A stretch of DNA of 41,486 nucleotides from Nanobdellota archaeon (GTDB lineage Archaea; Nanobdellota; Nanobdellia; Woesearchaeales; DSVV01), in NCBI GenBank assembly GCA_051819785.1, contig JBNJGV010000003.1, positions 1-41,486 on the forward strand, in the 5' to 3' direction. The notes under the pieces are model-generated. The model had not been told where the DNA came from. It ran no database searches and worked only from the letters and a program-made list of their open reading frames with translations. Every line of letters starts with the position of its first letter. Positions within the stretch are counted from its first letter, which is position 1. The position numbers and the translations under genes are program-made. Positions 26,645 to 36,073 of the stretch are shown piece by piece.

Positions 26645-27331
26645 TTAGCCTTTGATTAAGGTACCCACAAATTCTTGGCCATTTAAGAATTTAGAAATAT
26701 TCTCAAGATTGTTACCATTCAAAATAGCAACATTAATATTATTATCCCTGGCAAGTTTGCTTGCTACTGGGTCGAATGGAACATTTTTTCCGGGGGACCA
26801 TTTATCACCAGTAATGCTCAAAAAATCATTCCAGGCTATTTCTTTTATCGGCTTTGCCTCATTATTAACTTTTGGATCTGCATCATATACCATATCTATA
26901 TTAGTCATGTTAATAACATAATCGCTGTTAAATTTCTTTGCAAGCATAACAGCCACTTTGTCAGATGAATTTCCAGGTTTATAGCCAGACGCCATAACAA
27001 CCTCTTTTTCAAGCATAAATTCCTGTGTTGGGTCTTTTATAATAGATTTGTGAGACATTTCCCCAAAAAGAATCCTAAGCAATTCTGCATTAAGTTTTGT
27101 TGCAGCAATTCCCATCAAATCTAAATCAGTCTCACTAGGCTCTGCCATTTTTTCGGCAGCATCATTATACATTCTACAAATGCTTCCACCACCAGTAACA
27201 ATTATTGCCCTATTTCCTTGTTTTACGACATTCTTAATCAGTTCTTTAAAGTCCATTAGGAATTTAGTTGAAATAACCCCTTCTGGAATTATCAAAGAAC
27301 CTCCTAAAGAAAAAACAATATTAGCTACCAT
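26645..27331 (-). CDS. pyrH: UMP kinase (archaeal type)
   Basis: IVFSLGGSLI, AIIVTGGGSICR and an amino-acid-kinase fold pattern. Its ATG lies 1 nt after the secD stop. Confidence 0.85.
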   Translation of the reverse strand: MVANIVFSLGGSLIIPEGVISTKFLMDFKELIKNVVKQGNRAIIVTGGGSICRMYNDAAEKMAEPSETDLDLMGIAATKLNAELLRILFGEMSHKSIIKDPTQEFMLEKEVVMASGYKPGNSSDKVAVMLAKKFNSDYVINMTNIDMVYDADPKVNNEAKPIKEIAWNDFLSITGDKWSPGKNVPFDPVASKLARDNNINVAILNGNNLENISKFLNGQEFVGTLIKG

Positions 27332-27332
27332 C

Positions 27333-29114
27333 TTAATCCTTCAAAAGCAATTCTGCTATACTAGCAAAAGCAGGTCTTGAAATAAACACTCCCACAGATA
27401 TACCCAAAATTGTTGTGAATGCAAAACCTCTCAAAAGACCTGCGCCTGCGCTGAATAAGACAAGCATAGCTGCCAAAGTGGTAAAAAATGCAGCAAAGAT
27501 AACAAAGAATGCACGCTTCACTCTTTCCTTCCATGAAATATTATAGTCTTTTCCTCTTCTTATTTCCTCAAGAATTACAATCTGGTCATCAACACCTGTA
27601 CCAACCGCAATAATAATACCAGCGATTGCTGCCATATCAATATTCCAACCAGTTCCTGCTGCAATTCCGAGAATCATTATGACCTCTGAAACCATAGTTA
27701 TAGCAACTGGAAGTCCGATTTTTAAATCCCTGTATCTGATAAGAATAAAAGCAATTACACCCAGTATTGCTGCTAACCCAACCACAAGAGCATTAGTGAA
27801 AAACTTTTTACCAAGGCTTGGAGAAATACTATCAATTTTTACAATATCAAGTTTAACGGGAAGACTTCCGGTTTCAAGATATACTTGTAATTTTTTCATA
27901 TTTTCTGCGCTATTCTGCCGAGCTTCTTCATAACTTCTACCAACCCCTGGCCCGGAAATTGAAAAACTGGTCTCACTTAGTCCTTGAAGACCTGCACTAA
28001 TCCTTAATTCATCAACAAGTTCATTATCAAGATACAACTCCAGAGGTTCGCTTAAGTACTGCTGCCCTTCCTCAGTTATCACTTCAAGAGATTTAGTAAT
28101 TTCTGCCTGCCTTTGAGCAGCTTCAGGACTAATAGTTATAGTAAATAAAAACTCACATCGCCAATTACCATCACTAGTCTTACCACAAGGGTTTCTGGGA
28201 TTCTCTATATAACTACACCCGGTAGTTCTACATACATTCTTAACTTCATTACCTGTAAAAACTGTTTTATTGCCTATTTCCGCCTCAAACTTTCCCTGAC
28301 TACCTATCAATTCCTTTACTTCTTCTTGATTAACACCGGCAATCTCAACAGAAATTAAAGTATCATCAGTGAACAAACCCTTTTTAACGGGCCTTATAAC
28401 CATATCACTCAGGCCATAAACATTAAGTCTTTCCTTTAGGCTGCTGATGATAAGCTCTTCTTGGTCCTTAGTAATTGACTTTTCAGGCTCTAAAAGAACC
28501 CGGGTTCCCCCTTGGAGGTCCAAGCCTTTCTTAAGGTTTGTTGAAGGAGCATCATAGACATTTAAACCTAGACTTTTTGGGCCCTTTAGCTCCTTCACTT
28601 TCTTTGGAACTTGTATATAATTTGTTACAGTTTTGTTAATAGTTTTTACAGAGTCATTAATTGTCTTATTAACAGAAACTGTCTCATTTACTTTTTTAGT
28701 TACTGTTTCATTTAGCTCAATTGTTTTATAATTTCCTTCTACATTCATAGTATAAGAATTGTCTAATTTAAACAGCAAAGAAGGGAAAGTATCACCCTTA
28801 TCCTTAAAGCTTGATTTAGTCTTTATAATAACAGTATCATTAACTTCCAGATTATTAACTACATCTGTATAATCCTGCACACCTTTAATTACTCTACCAT
28901 TAATTTCAGTGATGACTTCTCTGAAAAGTGGTTTAGTATCTGCTCCGGGAGATACCATACCTGCATTATAAGCAGTACTGTTTTTTTCTACATTCCTTAC
29001 AGCAACCCCTTCATTAGAGGTAAATAAATAAGGTTTAATCATCATAATTGATAAGATTACAACTACCAAAAGCAGCATAATTTTCCAATTTGTAAAGATT
29101 TTTTTTGCATTCAT
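27333..29114 (-). CDS. secD: protein-export membrane protein SecD with N-terminal PDZ-like insertion
   Basis: An N-terminal TM, then KKGLDLQGGTRV (the SecD P1 signature) and six C-terminal TMs (GIAAGTGWNIDMAAIAGIIIAVGTGVDDQIV). Residues ~35-100 look PDZ-like. Confidence 0.85.
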   Translation of the reverse strand: MNAKKIFTNWKIMLLLVVVILSIMMIKPYLFTSNEGVAVRNVEKNSTAYNAGMVSPGADTKPLFREVITEINGRVIKGVQDYTDVVNNLEVNDTVIIKTKSSFKDKGDTFPSLLFKLDNSYTMNVEGNYKTIELNETVTKKVNETVSVNKTINDSVKTINKTVTNYIQVPKKVKELKGPKSLGLNVYDAPSTNLKKGLDLQGGTRVLLEPEKSITKDQEELIISSLKERLNVYGLSDMVIRPVKKGLFTDDTLISVEIAGVNQEEVKELIGSQGKFEAEIGNKTVFTGNEVKNVCRTTGCSYIENPRNPCGKTSDGNWRCEFLFTITISPEAAQRQAEITKSLEVITEEGQQYLSEPLELYLDNELVDELRISAGLQGLSETSFSISGPGVGRSYEEARQNSAENMKKLQVYLETGSLPVKLDIVKIDSISPSLGKKFFTNALVVGLAAILGVIAFILIRYRDLKIGLPVAITMVSEVIMILGIAAGTGWNIDMAAIAGIIIAVGTGVDDQIVILEEIRRGKDYNISWKERVKRAFFVIFAAFFTTLAAMLVLFSAGAGLLRGFAFTTILGISVGVFISRPAFASIAELLLKD

Positions 29115-30109
29115 TCTATTCCCTTCTTATCTGCATACCATCTTAAAAGGCCAACATTCTGTAGCCATGTATTCACTAAATCAACAAGTAATCCAATCAG
29201 TACAATTGTCATAATCTGAGTCAAAACCTCGGACTGCGAAAACCAAATCGCAAGAGATAATGCAATAATAGTTGAAAAAGACATAGTAAGCCCCGTCTTG
29301 GCAGCGCCAATAACCCTTTCAAAAACATCTCCGGATTTCTCCCTTAGAACACGGGTAGTCAACAAAATATCTGTATCAATAGAATAACCGATTAACATCA
29401 AGAATCCAGCAATTCCTGCTGTAGACATCTTCATGCCCAAAACATTTGCAATTGCCAGTGTCACAACAATATCTGAAAAAGCGCTGATTATGACAGCTAT
29501 TGAGGGGACAAATGTCCTAAAATAAAAGAACACTACAATACCCATTAATAAAAAAGCGAAAATCATTGCTTTGATTGTCTGCCTAAAAAAACTCTGACCC
29601 AAGGAAGGACCCATTGAATCAATATTCATAGATTCTTCAGCTGCCCCGGTAAGCTTAACTAGCTGATCTACAAACTCTTTTCTTTTGGAATCTTCTACTA
29701 TGTCAGCTTCTACAATAAAAGCAAAAGTGCCTTGCGCAGGATTAGATAACTCTCTTACATTAAAGTCTGAATTTGGAAAAATTCTCTTCAAATCCTCAAC
29801 AAACTGGTCTGAATCAACTTGTATGCCAGTAGAAGGAATAGTAGCGGTAACACCACCTTCAAGGCTTACACCCTTATCCATAATTTCTCCACTTGATAAG
29901 TACTGGCTGCCAATCTGTACGAAGGCTAAAAGTAATACTAAGAAAGGTAAAAACATTAAAAGCATATATTTCCTATCATAAAAATTTAGCAAAAAATTTC
30001 CTCTGTCCTTATAAGTAGCCTTTTCTTCTGGCTCTTTTTCTTGACGAACCTGTTTTTTACTACTTACTTTTTTCTGGCTCTTCTTTCGCCGGAGTTGTCT
30101 CTTCCCCAT
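29111..30109 (-). CDS. secF: protein-export membrane protein SecF with Lys-rich N-terminal extension
   Basis: MGPSLGQSFFRQTIKAMIFAFLLMGIVVFFYFR and GYSIDTDILLTTRV. ATGA overlap with secD. Confidence 0.85.
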   Translation of the reverse strand: MGKRQLRRKKSQKKVSSKKQVRQEKEPEEKATYKDRGNFLLNFYDRKYMLLMFLPFLVLLLAFVQIGSQYLSSGEIMDKGVSLEGGVTATIPSTGIQVDSDQFVEDLKRIFPNSDFNVRELSNPAQGTFAFIVEADIVEDSKRKEFVDQLVKLTGAAEESMNIDSMGPSLGQSFFRQTIKAMIFAFLLMGIVVFFYFRTFVPSIAVIISAFSDIVVTLAIANVLGMKMSTAGIAGFLMLIGYSIDTDILLTTRVLREKSGDVFERVIGAAKTGLTMSFSTIIALSLAIWFSQSEVLTQIMTIVLIGLLVDLVNTWLQNVGLLRWYADKKGIE

Positions 30110-30158
30110 TATTGAATGGAACTAAATGTTTGTTTTTAAATGTTTTGCCTCTAATAAA

Positions 30159-32591
30159 TCAAAATTCAAGCACATGCTCAAAATCCACATCGCTTTTTTC
30201 ATCCAATGCCTCGTATTCAACCGATTCAGCCTTGGTAATATTGGCTATATCATTTTTCACCATCTCAAAAACACTGAATGGAAGTTTAGATTTAAGCAAT
30301 ATTCTTTTGATTGGAGCTTTAAGGGAAATATTCTGCTCAGATTTCGATTTCCTTGCAGCATCAACAATATACTTTACAAGCTCTCCTGCTTTTTCATTAT
30401 CCTCATTAAGCATTTCAGCATCCACTTTCGGCCACTCCGAGATATGAATGCTCTTTTTGTTTTCTTTTTGTGCAAAATAAAGGTGATAAATTTCTTCTGT
30501 GATATGCGGCATGAATGGCGCAAAAAGCTTAAGCGAGACCAAAACGGCATTGTAAAGAGTATATCTTGCCGAATCAATCTTTTGCTTGTCATATTGGTCA
30601 GTATTGTAAAGCCTGTGTTTTATGAACTCAAGATAATTATCACACAAGTCATGCCAAAAGAAATAATCCACAAGTGACTTTGTCCTTGAATACTCATAGT
30701 TTTTAAAAGTATCAGTAGATTCTTTTACCATCCTATTCATCTTTGAGAGCATCCATAGATCAATAGCCTCAAAATTTTTTGGTTTGTGTATCCCGTGGCC
30801 ATGAAGGTTCATTATTGCAAATTTGGAGGCATTCCAAAGCTTCGTAATGGTTTTCATGCCTGTTACCAAGTCTTTCTCCTGGAATGGAAGATCATCGCCT
30901 AATTTGGAAGCAGATGCCCAATATCTTAATGCATCTGCACAATACTTTTCCCTCATCTCATTAGGATCAACAACATTGCCAAGACTCTTAGACATTTTCT
31001 TGCCCTTGGGGTCAAGTGCATGACCTGAGATGACAACATCATTCCATGGATTAACTTCATTATGGAACCTTGATTTCACAACAGTATTGAAAAGCCAGAA
31101 AGTGATGATATCATGTGCCTGTGGCCTTAAGTCCATTGGATAAAGATTTTTATGAGCAGGGCTACCCTTCACTAGTTCTGTCGCCAATTGCGGAGTCAAT
31201 GCAGAAGTCGCCCAAGTATCAAAAATATCTTTCTCACCTACCATGTCTTTGCAACCACAAGTAGGGCATTTATCAACAGGAGGTTTGTCATGGAGTGGAT
31301 CGACAGGCAATTGTTTTTTATCAGCAACAATGACCTCGTCACATTCTCCACAATACCAAACAGGGATTGGAACACCATGGAACCTCTGCCTTGAAATAAG
31401 CCAATCCCACTGAAGACCCTTCACCCAGTGATCATAACGTGTTTTCATATGAAGAGGATACCAATTAAGTTCTTTTCCCCATTCAAGCATCTTATCTTTA
31501 ATATCCAAGTACTTGATGAACCATTGTTTTGTATGGATTATTTCTATTTCTTTTTTGCACCTTTCATGAATTTTGACAGAATGCTTGATGGGTTTCCTTT
31601 CAACAAGCAAGCCTTCCTTTTCAAGATCCTCAATAACTTCTTTTCTTGCATCCTTTAAGCTCATCCCTTCATATTTACCAGAGATGCTAGTCATCTTACC
31701 ATCAAGAGTTATTGCACTTTTTAGTGGTAGGTCATATGCAAAATACCACTCCATATCCGTCTGGTCACCGAAAGTACAACACATCACAATCCCTGTTCCC
31801 TTGTCCATAGCGACCCTTTTGTCAGCCATAACAGGTACTTCAAAATCAAAAAGAGGCACTTTTGCAGATTTTCCCTCAAATTGTTTATACCTTTCATCGT
31901 CAGGATGGAAAAAAACAGCAACGCATGCAGGAATTAACTCTGGCCTCGTTGTTCCTATAATCACATCCTCTGAATCTATCTTGAAAACAATATCATTAAA
32001 ATATGAGTCAATTTCATTATCTTCGCATTCAACCTGAGAAACAGCTGTCTGGCATTCAGGACAGAATAAAGCAGGCGCATCTTTTCTGTATTCTCTGCCT
32101 TTCTTATATAGATCAATAAATGATTCCTGAGAAATTCTCCTAGAATCATCCTGTATAGTTGAGTAAAAAAGGTCCCAATCACAACTAATTCCAAGATCTT
32201 TCCAGTCCTGGACAAAACCTGGCCTCACTTTATCAAGAGTCGTTATGCATAATTTGGTGAACTCTGAACGGTTCATGTCAGTGGCTTTTATCTTGTTCTC
32301 CTTTTCAACAAATCTCTCTGATGCTATCCCATTATCATCAGTTCCAAAAGGAAAAAAGACATTTTTACCTCTCATCCTCTGGAATCGTGCGATAAAATCA
32401 TTTTGCGCATAAGAAAACGCATGCCCAATATGCATCTTCCCTGACATTGTCGGGGGAGGCGTATCAATTGAATACGAATTTTCCTTTTTATCAGGGTCAA
32501 ATTTATTGATGCCTTCTTTTTGCCAGTATTCCTGCCACTTCCTTTCTGAGACCTTAGGATCATAACGTTTAGGTAAGCTTATATCTGCCAT
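30159..32591 (-). CDS. valS: valyl-tRNA synthetase
   Basis: The class I signatures DTPPPTMSGKMHIGHAFSY and KMSKSLGN, a CP1 editing region (GTGIVMCCTFGD) and a zinc-like CPECQ...CGEC. The 810-aa length is typical of archaeal ValRS. Confidence 0.85.
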   Translation of the reverse strand: MADISLPKRYDPKVSERKWQEYWQKEGINKFDPDKKENSYSIDTPPPTMSGKMHIGHAFSYAQNDFIARFQRMRGKNVFFPFGTDDNGIASERFVEKENKIKATDMNRSEFTKLCITTLDKVRPGFVQDWKDLGISCDWDLFYSTIQDDSRRISQESFIDLYKKGREYRKDAPALFCPECQTAVSQVECEDNEIDSYFNDIVFKIDSEDVIIGTTRPELIPACVAVFFHPDDERYKQFEGKSAKVPLFDFEVPVMADKRVAMDKGTGIVMCCTFGDQTDMEWYFAYDLPLKSAITLDGKMTSISGKYEGMSLKDARKEVIEDLEKEGLLVERKPIKHSVKIHERCKKEIEIIHTKQWFIKYLDIKDKMLEWGKELNWYPLHMKTRYDHWVKGLQWDWLISRQRFHGVPIPVWYCGECDEVIVADKKQLPVDPLHDKPPVDKCPTCGCKDMVGEKDIFDTWATSALTPQLATELVKGSPAHKNLYPMDLRPQAHDIITFWLFNTVVKSRFHNEVNPWNDVVISGHALDPKGKKMSKSLGNVVDPNEMREKYCADALRYWASASKLGDDLPFQEKDLVTGMKTITKLWNASKFAIMNLHGHGIHKPKNFEAIDLWMLSKMNRMVKESTDTFKNYEYSRTKSLVDYFFWHDLCDNYLEFIKHRLYNTDQYDKQKIDSARYTLYNAVLVSLKLFAPFMPHITEEIYHLYFAQKENKKSIHISEWPKVDAEMLNEDNEKAGELVKYIVDAARKSKSEQNISLKAPIKRILLKSKLPFSVFEMVKNDIANITKAESVEYEALDEKSDVDFEHVLEF

Positions 32592-32627
32592 ATTAAGATT
32601 AGAGAGAACATATCATTTTTAAAAGTT

Positions 32628-32951
32628 TCACTTGAAGTATTTATTTTTATGCAAATACCAACCCAGCCAAACTCCCAATACAAAAAAGAGTAGATAAAAG
32701 AAATATCCGCCATTATTAGCTAAATAAACCCCCAGTAGATAACCTACCAAAAAAAATACAACAATCATATAAAAAGGGAACCCTATTTCTACATTTCTAA
32801 GGTAATAAATCCTACCCACAAATACACCTGATAAAAATATTACTAAATAAGAAATTATTGCAACTCCTGAAATTAAAGATAACACAAATCCAATTATAAG
32901 TAAAAAGAGACTTCCCCACTCCGCCCAGTTTTCTGTTGACATTTTTCCCAT
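32628..32951 (-). CDS. small integral membrane protein (3 TM)
   Basis: Three long hydrophobic segments. No recognised motifs. Confidence 0.5.
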   Translation of the reverse strand: MGKMSTENWAEWGSLFLLIIGFVLSLISGVAIISYLVIFLSGVFVGRIYYLRNVEIGFPFYMIVVFFLVGYLLGVYLANNGGYFFYLLFFVLGVWLGWYLHKNKYFK

Positions 32952-32963
32952 TCTATTAACCCT

Positions 32964-33689
32964 CTACTCAATATATGAATAATACAAAAACCACACAACT
33001 ATACCTATAACCAACGAAAACAACCAAGAGAAAATACCAAGAGCGCTCAAAATAACATATGCCAATAATGTACTAACTATAAAAACATAAGTGAGCCTTG
33101 ACATAAAAAACAAATGAATTCCATCCATATAAGGAATCGGAAGTATTGTAAAAAACATTATCCATAGATTAACCATAGCAAAATCCAAGAAAAATCCTGG
33201 CAAAATATTGAGCTGATGTGAAAACATTAAACCGATAGTTGCAAGAACAAGGTTTGCTATAGCACCACTTACCGCAATCATACCCCTTGCAACAACATTC
33301 TCACCATATCTGAACTTGCCAATCCTCAAGATAGTCATATGATAAAGAACCATTCCCCCAGGGAGCAGTATATAAAACTTGCCTAGTGAAATCAAAGAGA
33401 CAGCGATTGTAACTAGCAGCCCAGTAGACCAAGCCCTAAACTCAGAAGTAAAGCCCTGCTGAAGAGCAAATATCTTTTGAACAGATACATGCGCTAATAA
33501 AGCGAGAGTTACAAAAAAAAGCGATTGAAGGAGATTACCAAACCATAAAACTGCATTAAACTTTTCTCTGCCATCATTTAAGGCGAAAGCAAACGTTACA
33601 ACTAAAACGGCCAATAAAATATCCCTTTTCTCACGTTTACTGAATCTAAAAAATTCTTTAACCCTAAAATATAATTCGCCCATCAACAT
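32964..33689 (-). CDS. M50 (site-2 protease/SpoIVFB-like) family membrane protein with degenerate active site
   Basis: The family layout is present: FSKREKRDILLAV, the second-site motif NLWIMFFTILPIPYMDG (NxxPxxxLDG type) and multiple TMs. The position expected to carry HExxH reads HVSVQ. Confidence 0.55.
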   Translation of the reverse strand: MLMGELYFRVKEFFRFSKREKRDILLAVLVVTFAFALNDGREKFNAVLWFGNLLQSLFFVTLALLAHVSVQKIFALQQGFTSEFRAWSTGLLVTIAVSLISLGKFYILLPGGMVLYHMTILRIGKFRYGENVVARGMIAVSGAIANLVLATIGLMFSHQLNILPGFFLDFAMVNLWIMFFTILPIPYMDGIHLFFMSRLTYVFIVSTLLAYVILSALGIFSWLFSLVIGIVVWFLYYSYIE

Positions 33690-33802
33690 AATTTCATCAG
33701 AATTACTTTAAATAAATTTTGTTTTTAAGGAAAGTAAAAACATAACTCCACTGATATTTCATATCTAGTTTTGCCTTCAAAAAATAAAAAATAACCAAAT
33801 CC

Positions 33803-34519
33803 TCAAAGCATCTTTACCAAAAAATCAACTGATGATTGCTGTTCAAGAATATCTGAAATCCCTTTCCGGTGACCTGCACCAACTACTACAACCATTCTCT
33901 GAATATCATCCTGCTTCATTAGCTTTATTATCCTTTTAGCCATATATATATTTCTCTGATGAACAAGCACATCGTGCACATTAGGGTATCTGTTTTTCAT
34001 ATGATTAATCATTTTTGAAACTAATTCTTCAGAAGGCACTTTTGATAAATCAAATTCCTGTACACCAAAACGCCTGAGCTCTGCCCTTGGATTAAACAAG
34101 CCCCTTCCAAGGTCAACAAAAAACCTGCCAATTTCTCTTTTAGTGAGTTGTTTTGAAAAACGATTTAATGTTATATTTATATTCTGGTCTATAAAAGCAA
34201 CCTTCGCAGAATTACTTTTGGCTGTTTTTACAGCCTCCAGCATATCAACCCCCGGATTTGTTCCTACATATTTAGCCAGCTTTTTTGCTCCCAGCGAACC
34301 AATCAGAGCAAATACAAAACCCTTGAACCCAATTTTCCTTATATTCGAAAATCCTGGAGAAGACCTTTTTGACTGGTCTGATAAAAGGCCTTTATACCTA
34401 TAATAATCCAGTTCAACCCCTACAATATCAGGATTATCGTCTTGTATCGCCTTTTTTATATTATCCACACTTTGCATTGCTATGTGAGATGTTCCTACTA
34501 AAGTTAGACGCTTAGGCAT
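33803..34519 (-). CDS. TraB/PrgY-family protein
   Basis: LTLVGTSHIAMQS, IVGVELD and VVVGAGHRKGI. The ATG at 34519 has an extended TATA-like tract 20-25 nt upstream; the longer ORF from 34585 is unlikely. Confidence 0.7.
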   Translation of the reverse strand: MPKRLTLVGTSHIAMQSVDNIKKAIQDDNPDIVGVELDYYRYKGLLSDQSKRSSPGFSNIRKIGFKGFVFALIGSLGAKKLAKYVGTNPGVDMLEAVKTAKSNSAKVAFIDQNINITLNRFSKQLTKREIGRFFVDLGRGLFNPRAELRRFGVQEFDLSKVPSEELVSKMINHMKNRYPNVHDVLVHQRNIYMAKRIIKLMKQDDIQRMVVVVGAGHRKGISDILEQQSSVDFLVKML

Positions 34520-34651
34520 ATACTTTGTAATATAAATATATTTATAAAATCGATTGTACAAATAGACTAACATGCATAGAAACATTTAAATAGTTCTATG
34601 GATTTGTAAAGAATATTACCCTTAGAATAAATAAGTGGGAGGGATAAAAAA

Positions 34652-34918
34652 ATGCTCAATATGAAAAAGATTACTGAAACATATGACATGAAGGTATTTA
34701 CTGATTCAGGCGAATACTTTGGAGACATTGAAGAAATAATACTAACACACAACAAAATTTTTGGGTGGAGAGTCAGATCTACTAAAAGTTCATATCTTAA
34801 CAGGATTCTTGGAAGCGCTAAAGGAGTTATAGTGCCACACCAACTCGTAAAAAGCATTGGCGACATTATGATAATTTCCAAATCAGCTGTTCCATCTTAT
34901 AATCCTGACGAAGAATAA
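34652..34918 (+). CDS. single PRC-barrel domain protein (CdpB-like size)
   Basis: MKVFTDSGEYFGDIEEIIL...GVIVPHQLVKSIGDIMIISK matches the PRC-barrel pattern. A GGGAGGG tract lies about 10 nt upstream of the ATG. Confidence 0.7.
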   Translation: MLNMKKITETYDMKVFTDSGEYFGDIEEIILTHNKIFGWRVRSTKSSYLNRILGSAKGVIVPHQLVKSIGDIMIISKSAVPSYNPDEE

Positions 34919-34928
34919 AATAATTCTA

Positions 34929-34936
34929 TTTTTTTT
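34929..34936 (+). terminator. oligo-T (T8) archaeal-type terminator after the PRC-barrel gene
   Basis: A T8 run starts 11 nt after the stop codon. It is followed by a perfect 16-bp palindrome, taaagattaatcttta (34947-34962), in the convergent gap with nac. Confidence 0.4.
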
Positions 34937-35056
34937 CTTAATTAACTAAAGATTAATCTTTAAAGTAAAACTTTTAACATTATAAGGAATTATATAATCT
35001 ATATACGGTAAAAATTCAGTAAACTAAAGAATTAAACTAACAATAAATTATTAGAG

Positions 35057-35407
35057 CTATTCTTCATCCTTTTGATTTAAATGCATAATGGCTGAAGCCA
35101 AATCGTTATTATTTGCCTCAATGGCCTCAATTGCCTTTTCCCTATCAACACCAGTTTGGTCAATCACGGTTTGTATATCATCATCATTGATTTCAACCTG
35201 GCTGGAAAGCTCTCTTTCGTGTGCATCACCAACTACCTGATAAGTTTCTTGACCCATCATATTGATTTTAGAAACCTGAGCTGGCGAGATGACAATCTCC
35301 TTATCAGAACACTTAATAATAACCTCAGAAGCGTCTATTTCCTCTTGTTTCATGCCCATCCGCTTCATGGCCTGTTTCATCTGTTTTTGATTCATGCCTG
35401 GTATCAT
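35057..35407 (-). CDS. nac: nascent polypeptide-associated complex protein (NAC domain + UBA)
   Basis: MIPGMNQKQMKQAMKRMGMKQEEIDASEVIIKCSDKEIVI...MMGQETYQVVG plus a C-terminal UBA-like EKAIEAIEANNNDLASAIMHL. Confidence 0.9.
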   Translation of the reverse strand: MIPGMNQKQMKQAMKRMGMKQEEIDASEVIIKCSDKEIVISPAQVSKINMMGQETYQVVGDAHERELSSQVEINDDDIQTVIDQTGVDREKAIEAIEANNNDLASAIMHLNQKDEE

Positions 35408-35410
35408 TTT

Positions 35411-35569
35411 CTATCCCATAGAGTGAAGTATAAACTCCAATATAATTACAACGATTATCATAACCACCAAGTGACCTGGTTTAAACTCAATCTTTGACTT
35501 GTAATCGTCAAAAAATCTAGTGATGCCTGCAGTACTTGAAGGCATTGAAACCTTATTATCCTTTGCCAT
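35411..35569 (-). CDS. sec61b: preprotein translocase Sec61-beta subunit (52 aa; absent from the ORF track)
   Basis: Translated by hand: MAKDNKVSMPSSTAGITRFFDDYKSKIEFKPGHLVVMIIVVIILEFILHSMG. The (S/T)xAG(I/L)xR(Y/F) motif plus one C-terminal TM matches archaeal Sec-beta. The stop lies 3 nt before the nac ATG. Confidence 0.8.
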   Translation of the reverse strand: MAKDNKVSMPSSTAGITRFFDDYKSKIEFKPGHLVVMIIVVIILEFILHSMG

Positions 35570-35593
35570 AACTTCACTGAAACAAACCTTGGT

Positions 35594-36073
35594 TTAAATA
35601 TTTAACGGTCTCAAAAAAGATGAATTTACTTCTTTCTTTTTTATATCCTTAAAACCATTTTGCAGTATTACTGAATATCCAATGGTCATTATCTGGTCTT
35701 TTCCTATTTGGTAGCATTTGCCAAGAAAGTGTTTTCTAACATATATGCTACATAAAGAATTATCCTTTTCCTCTATTTTCAATACTCTTCCAACTAAAAA
35801 ACCGTACCTGTCATAAACTTTAAAGCCCTTTAATTTGGGTTTAGGAGTAGTGTTCAAAAAAACCGAATCTACACCGAAATTACTTATATAATCAAGACCG
35901 ATGAAAAGATCAGCTTTCATAAAACCCTGGTCAATTACAATTCCCAGAATCTTTTTAGATTGCTTATTTATTCTTAACTGCTGAGCAACTCCCAAAACCT
36001 GGCCATCCTTATCTATAACATCTTTTCCTAATATATCATCAGAGGTTATAAAACTAGTTTTGCTTTCCATCAT
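35594..36073 (-). CDS. tandem double PRC-barrel protein
   Basis: Two PRC-barrel-like halves: ILGKDVIDKDGQVLGVAQQLRIN...ILGIVID and LKGFKVYDRYGFLVGRVLKIEE. The ATG is at 36073 (36076 is TTG). It overlaps the upstream paralog by 20 nt. Confidence 0.65.
   Translation of the reverse strand: MMESKTSFITSDDILGKDVIDKDGQVLGVAQQLRINKQSKKILGIVIDQGFMKADLFIGLDYISNFGVDSVFLNTTPKPKLKGFKVYDRYGFLVGRVLKIEEKDNSLCSIYVRKHFLGKCYQIGKDQIMTIGYSVILQNGFKDIKKKEVNSSFLRPLNI

Noticed and set aside
30112-32037. Several plus-strand ORFs (30112-30447, 30126-30677, 31573-32037 and others) and small minus-strand out-of-frame ORFs inside valS
   Set aside because: All are nested within the 810-aa ValRS coding region, and none has a recognisable motif.
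33690-33802. Possible box C/D sRNA: CUGAUGA-like and CUGA elements in the gap upstream of the M50-like gene
   Set aside because: The C-like and D-like boxes are not in a consistent 5'-C...D-3' arrangement on either strand, and there is no terminal stem. This is most likely chance in AT-rich DNA.
34947-34962. Perfect 16-bp palindrome taaagattaatcttta as a specific regulator binding site
   Set aside because: It lies in a convergent terminator gap right after a T8 run, and it is pure AT-rich sequence with no second copy in the window. A terminator-associated hairpin or chance is more likely, so it is recorded only under the terminator feature.
35156-35497. Plus-strand 113-aa ORF
   Set aside because: It is antisense to the well-supported nac and sec61-beta genes, so it is a shadow ORF.
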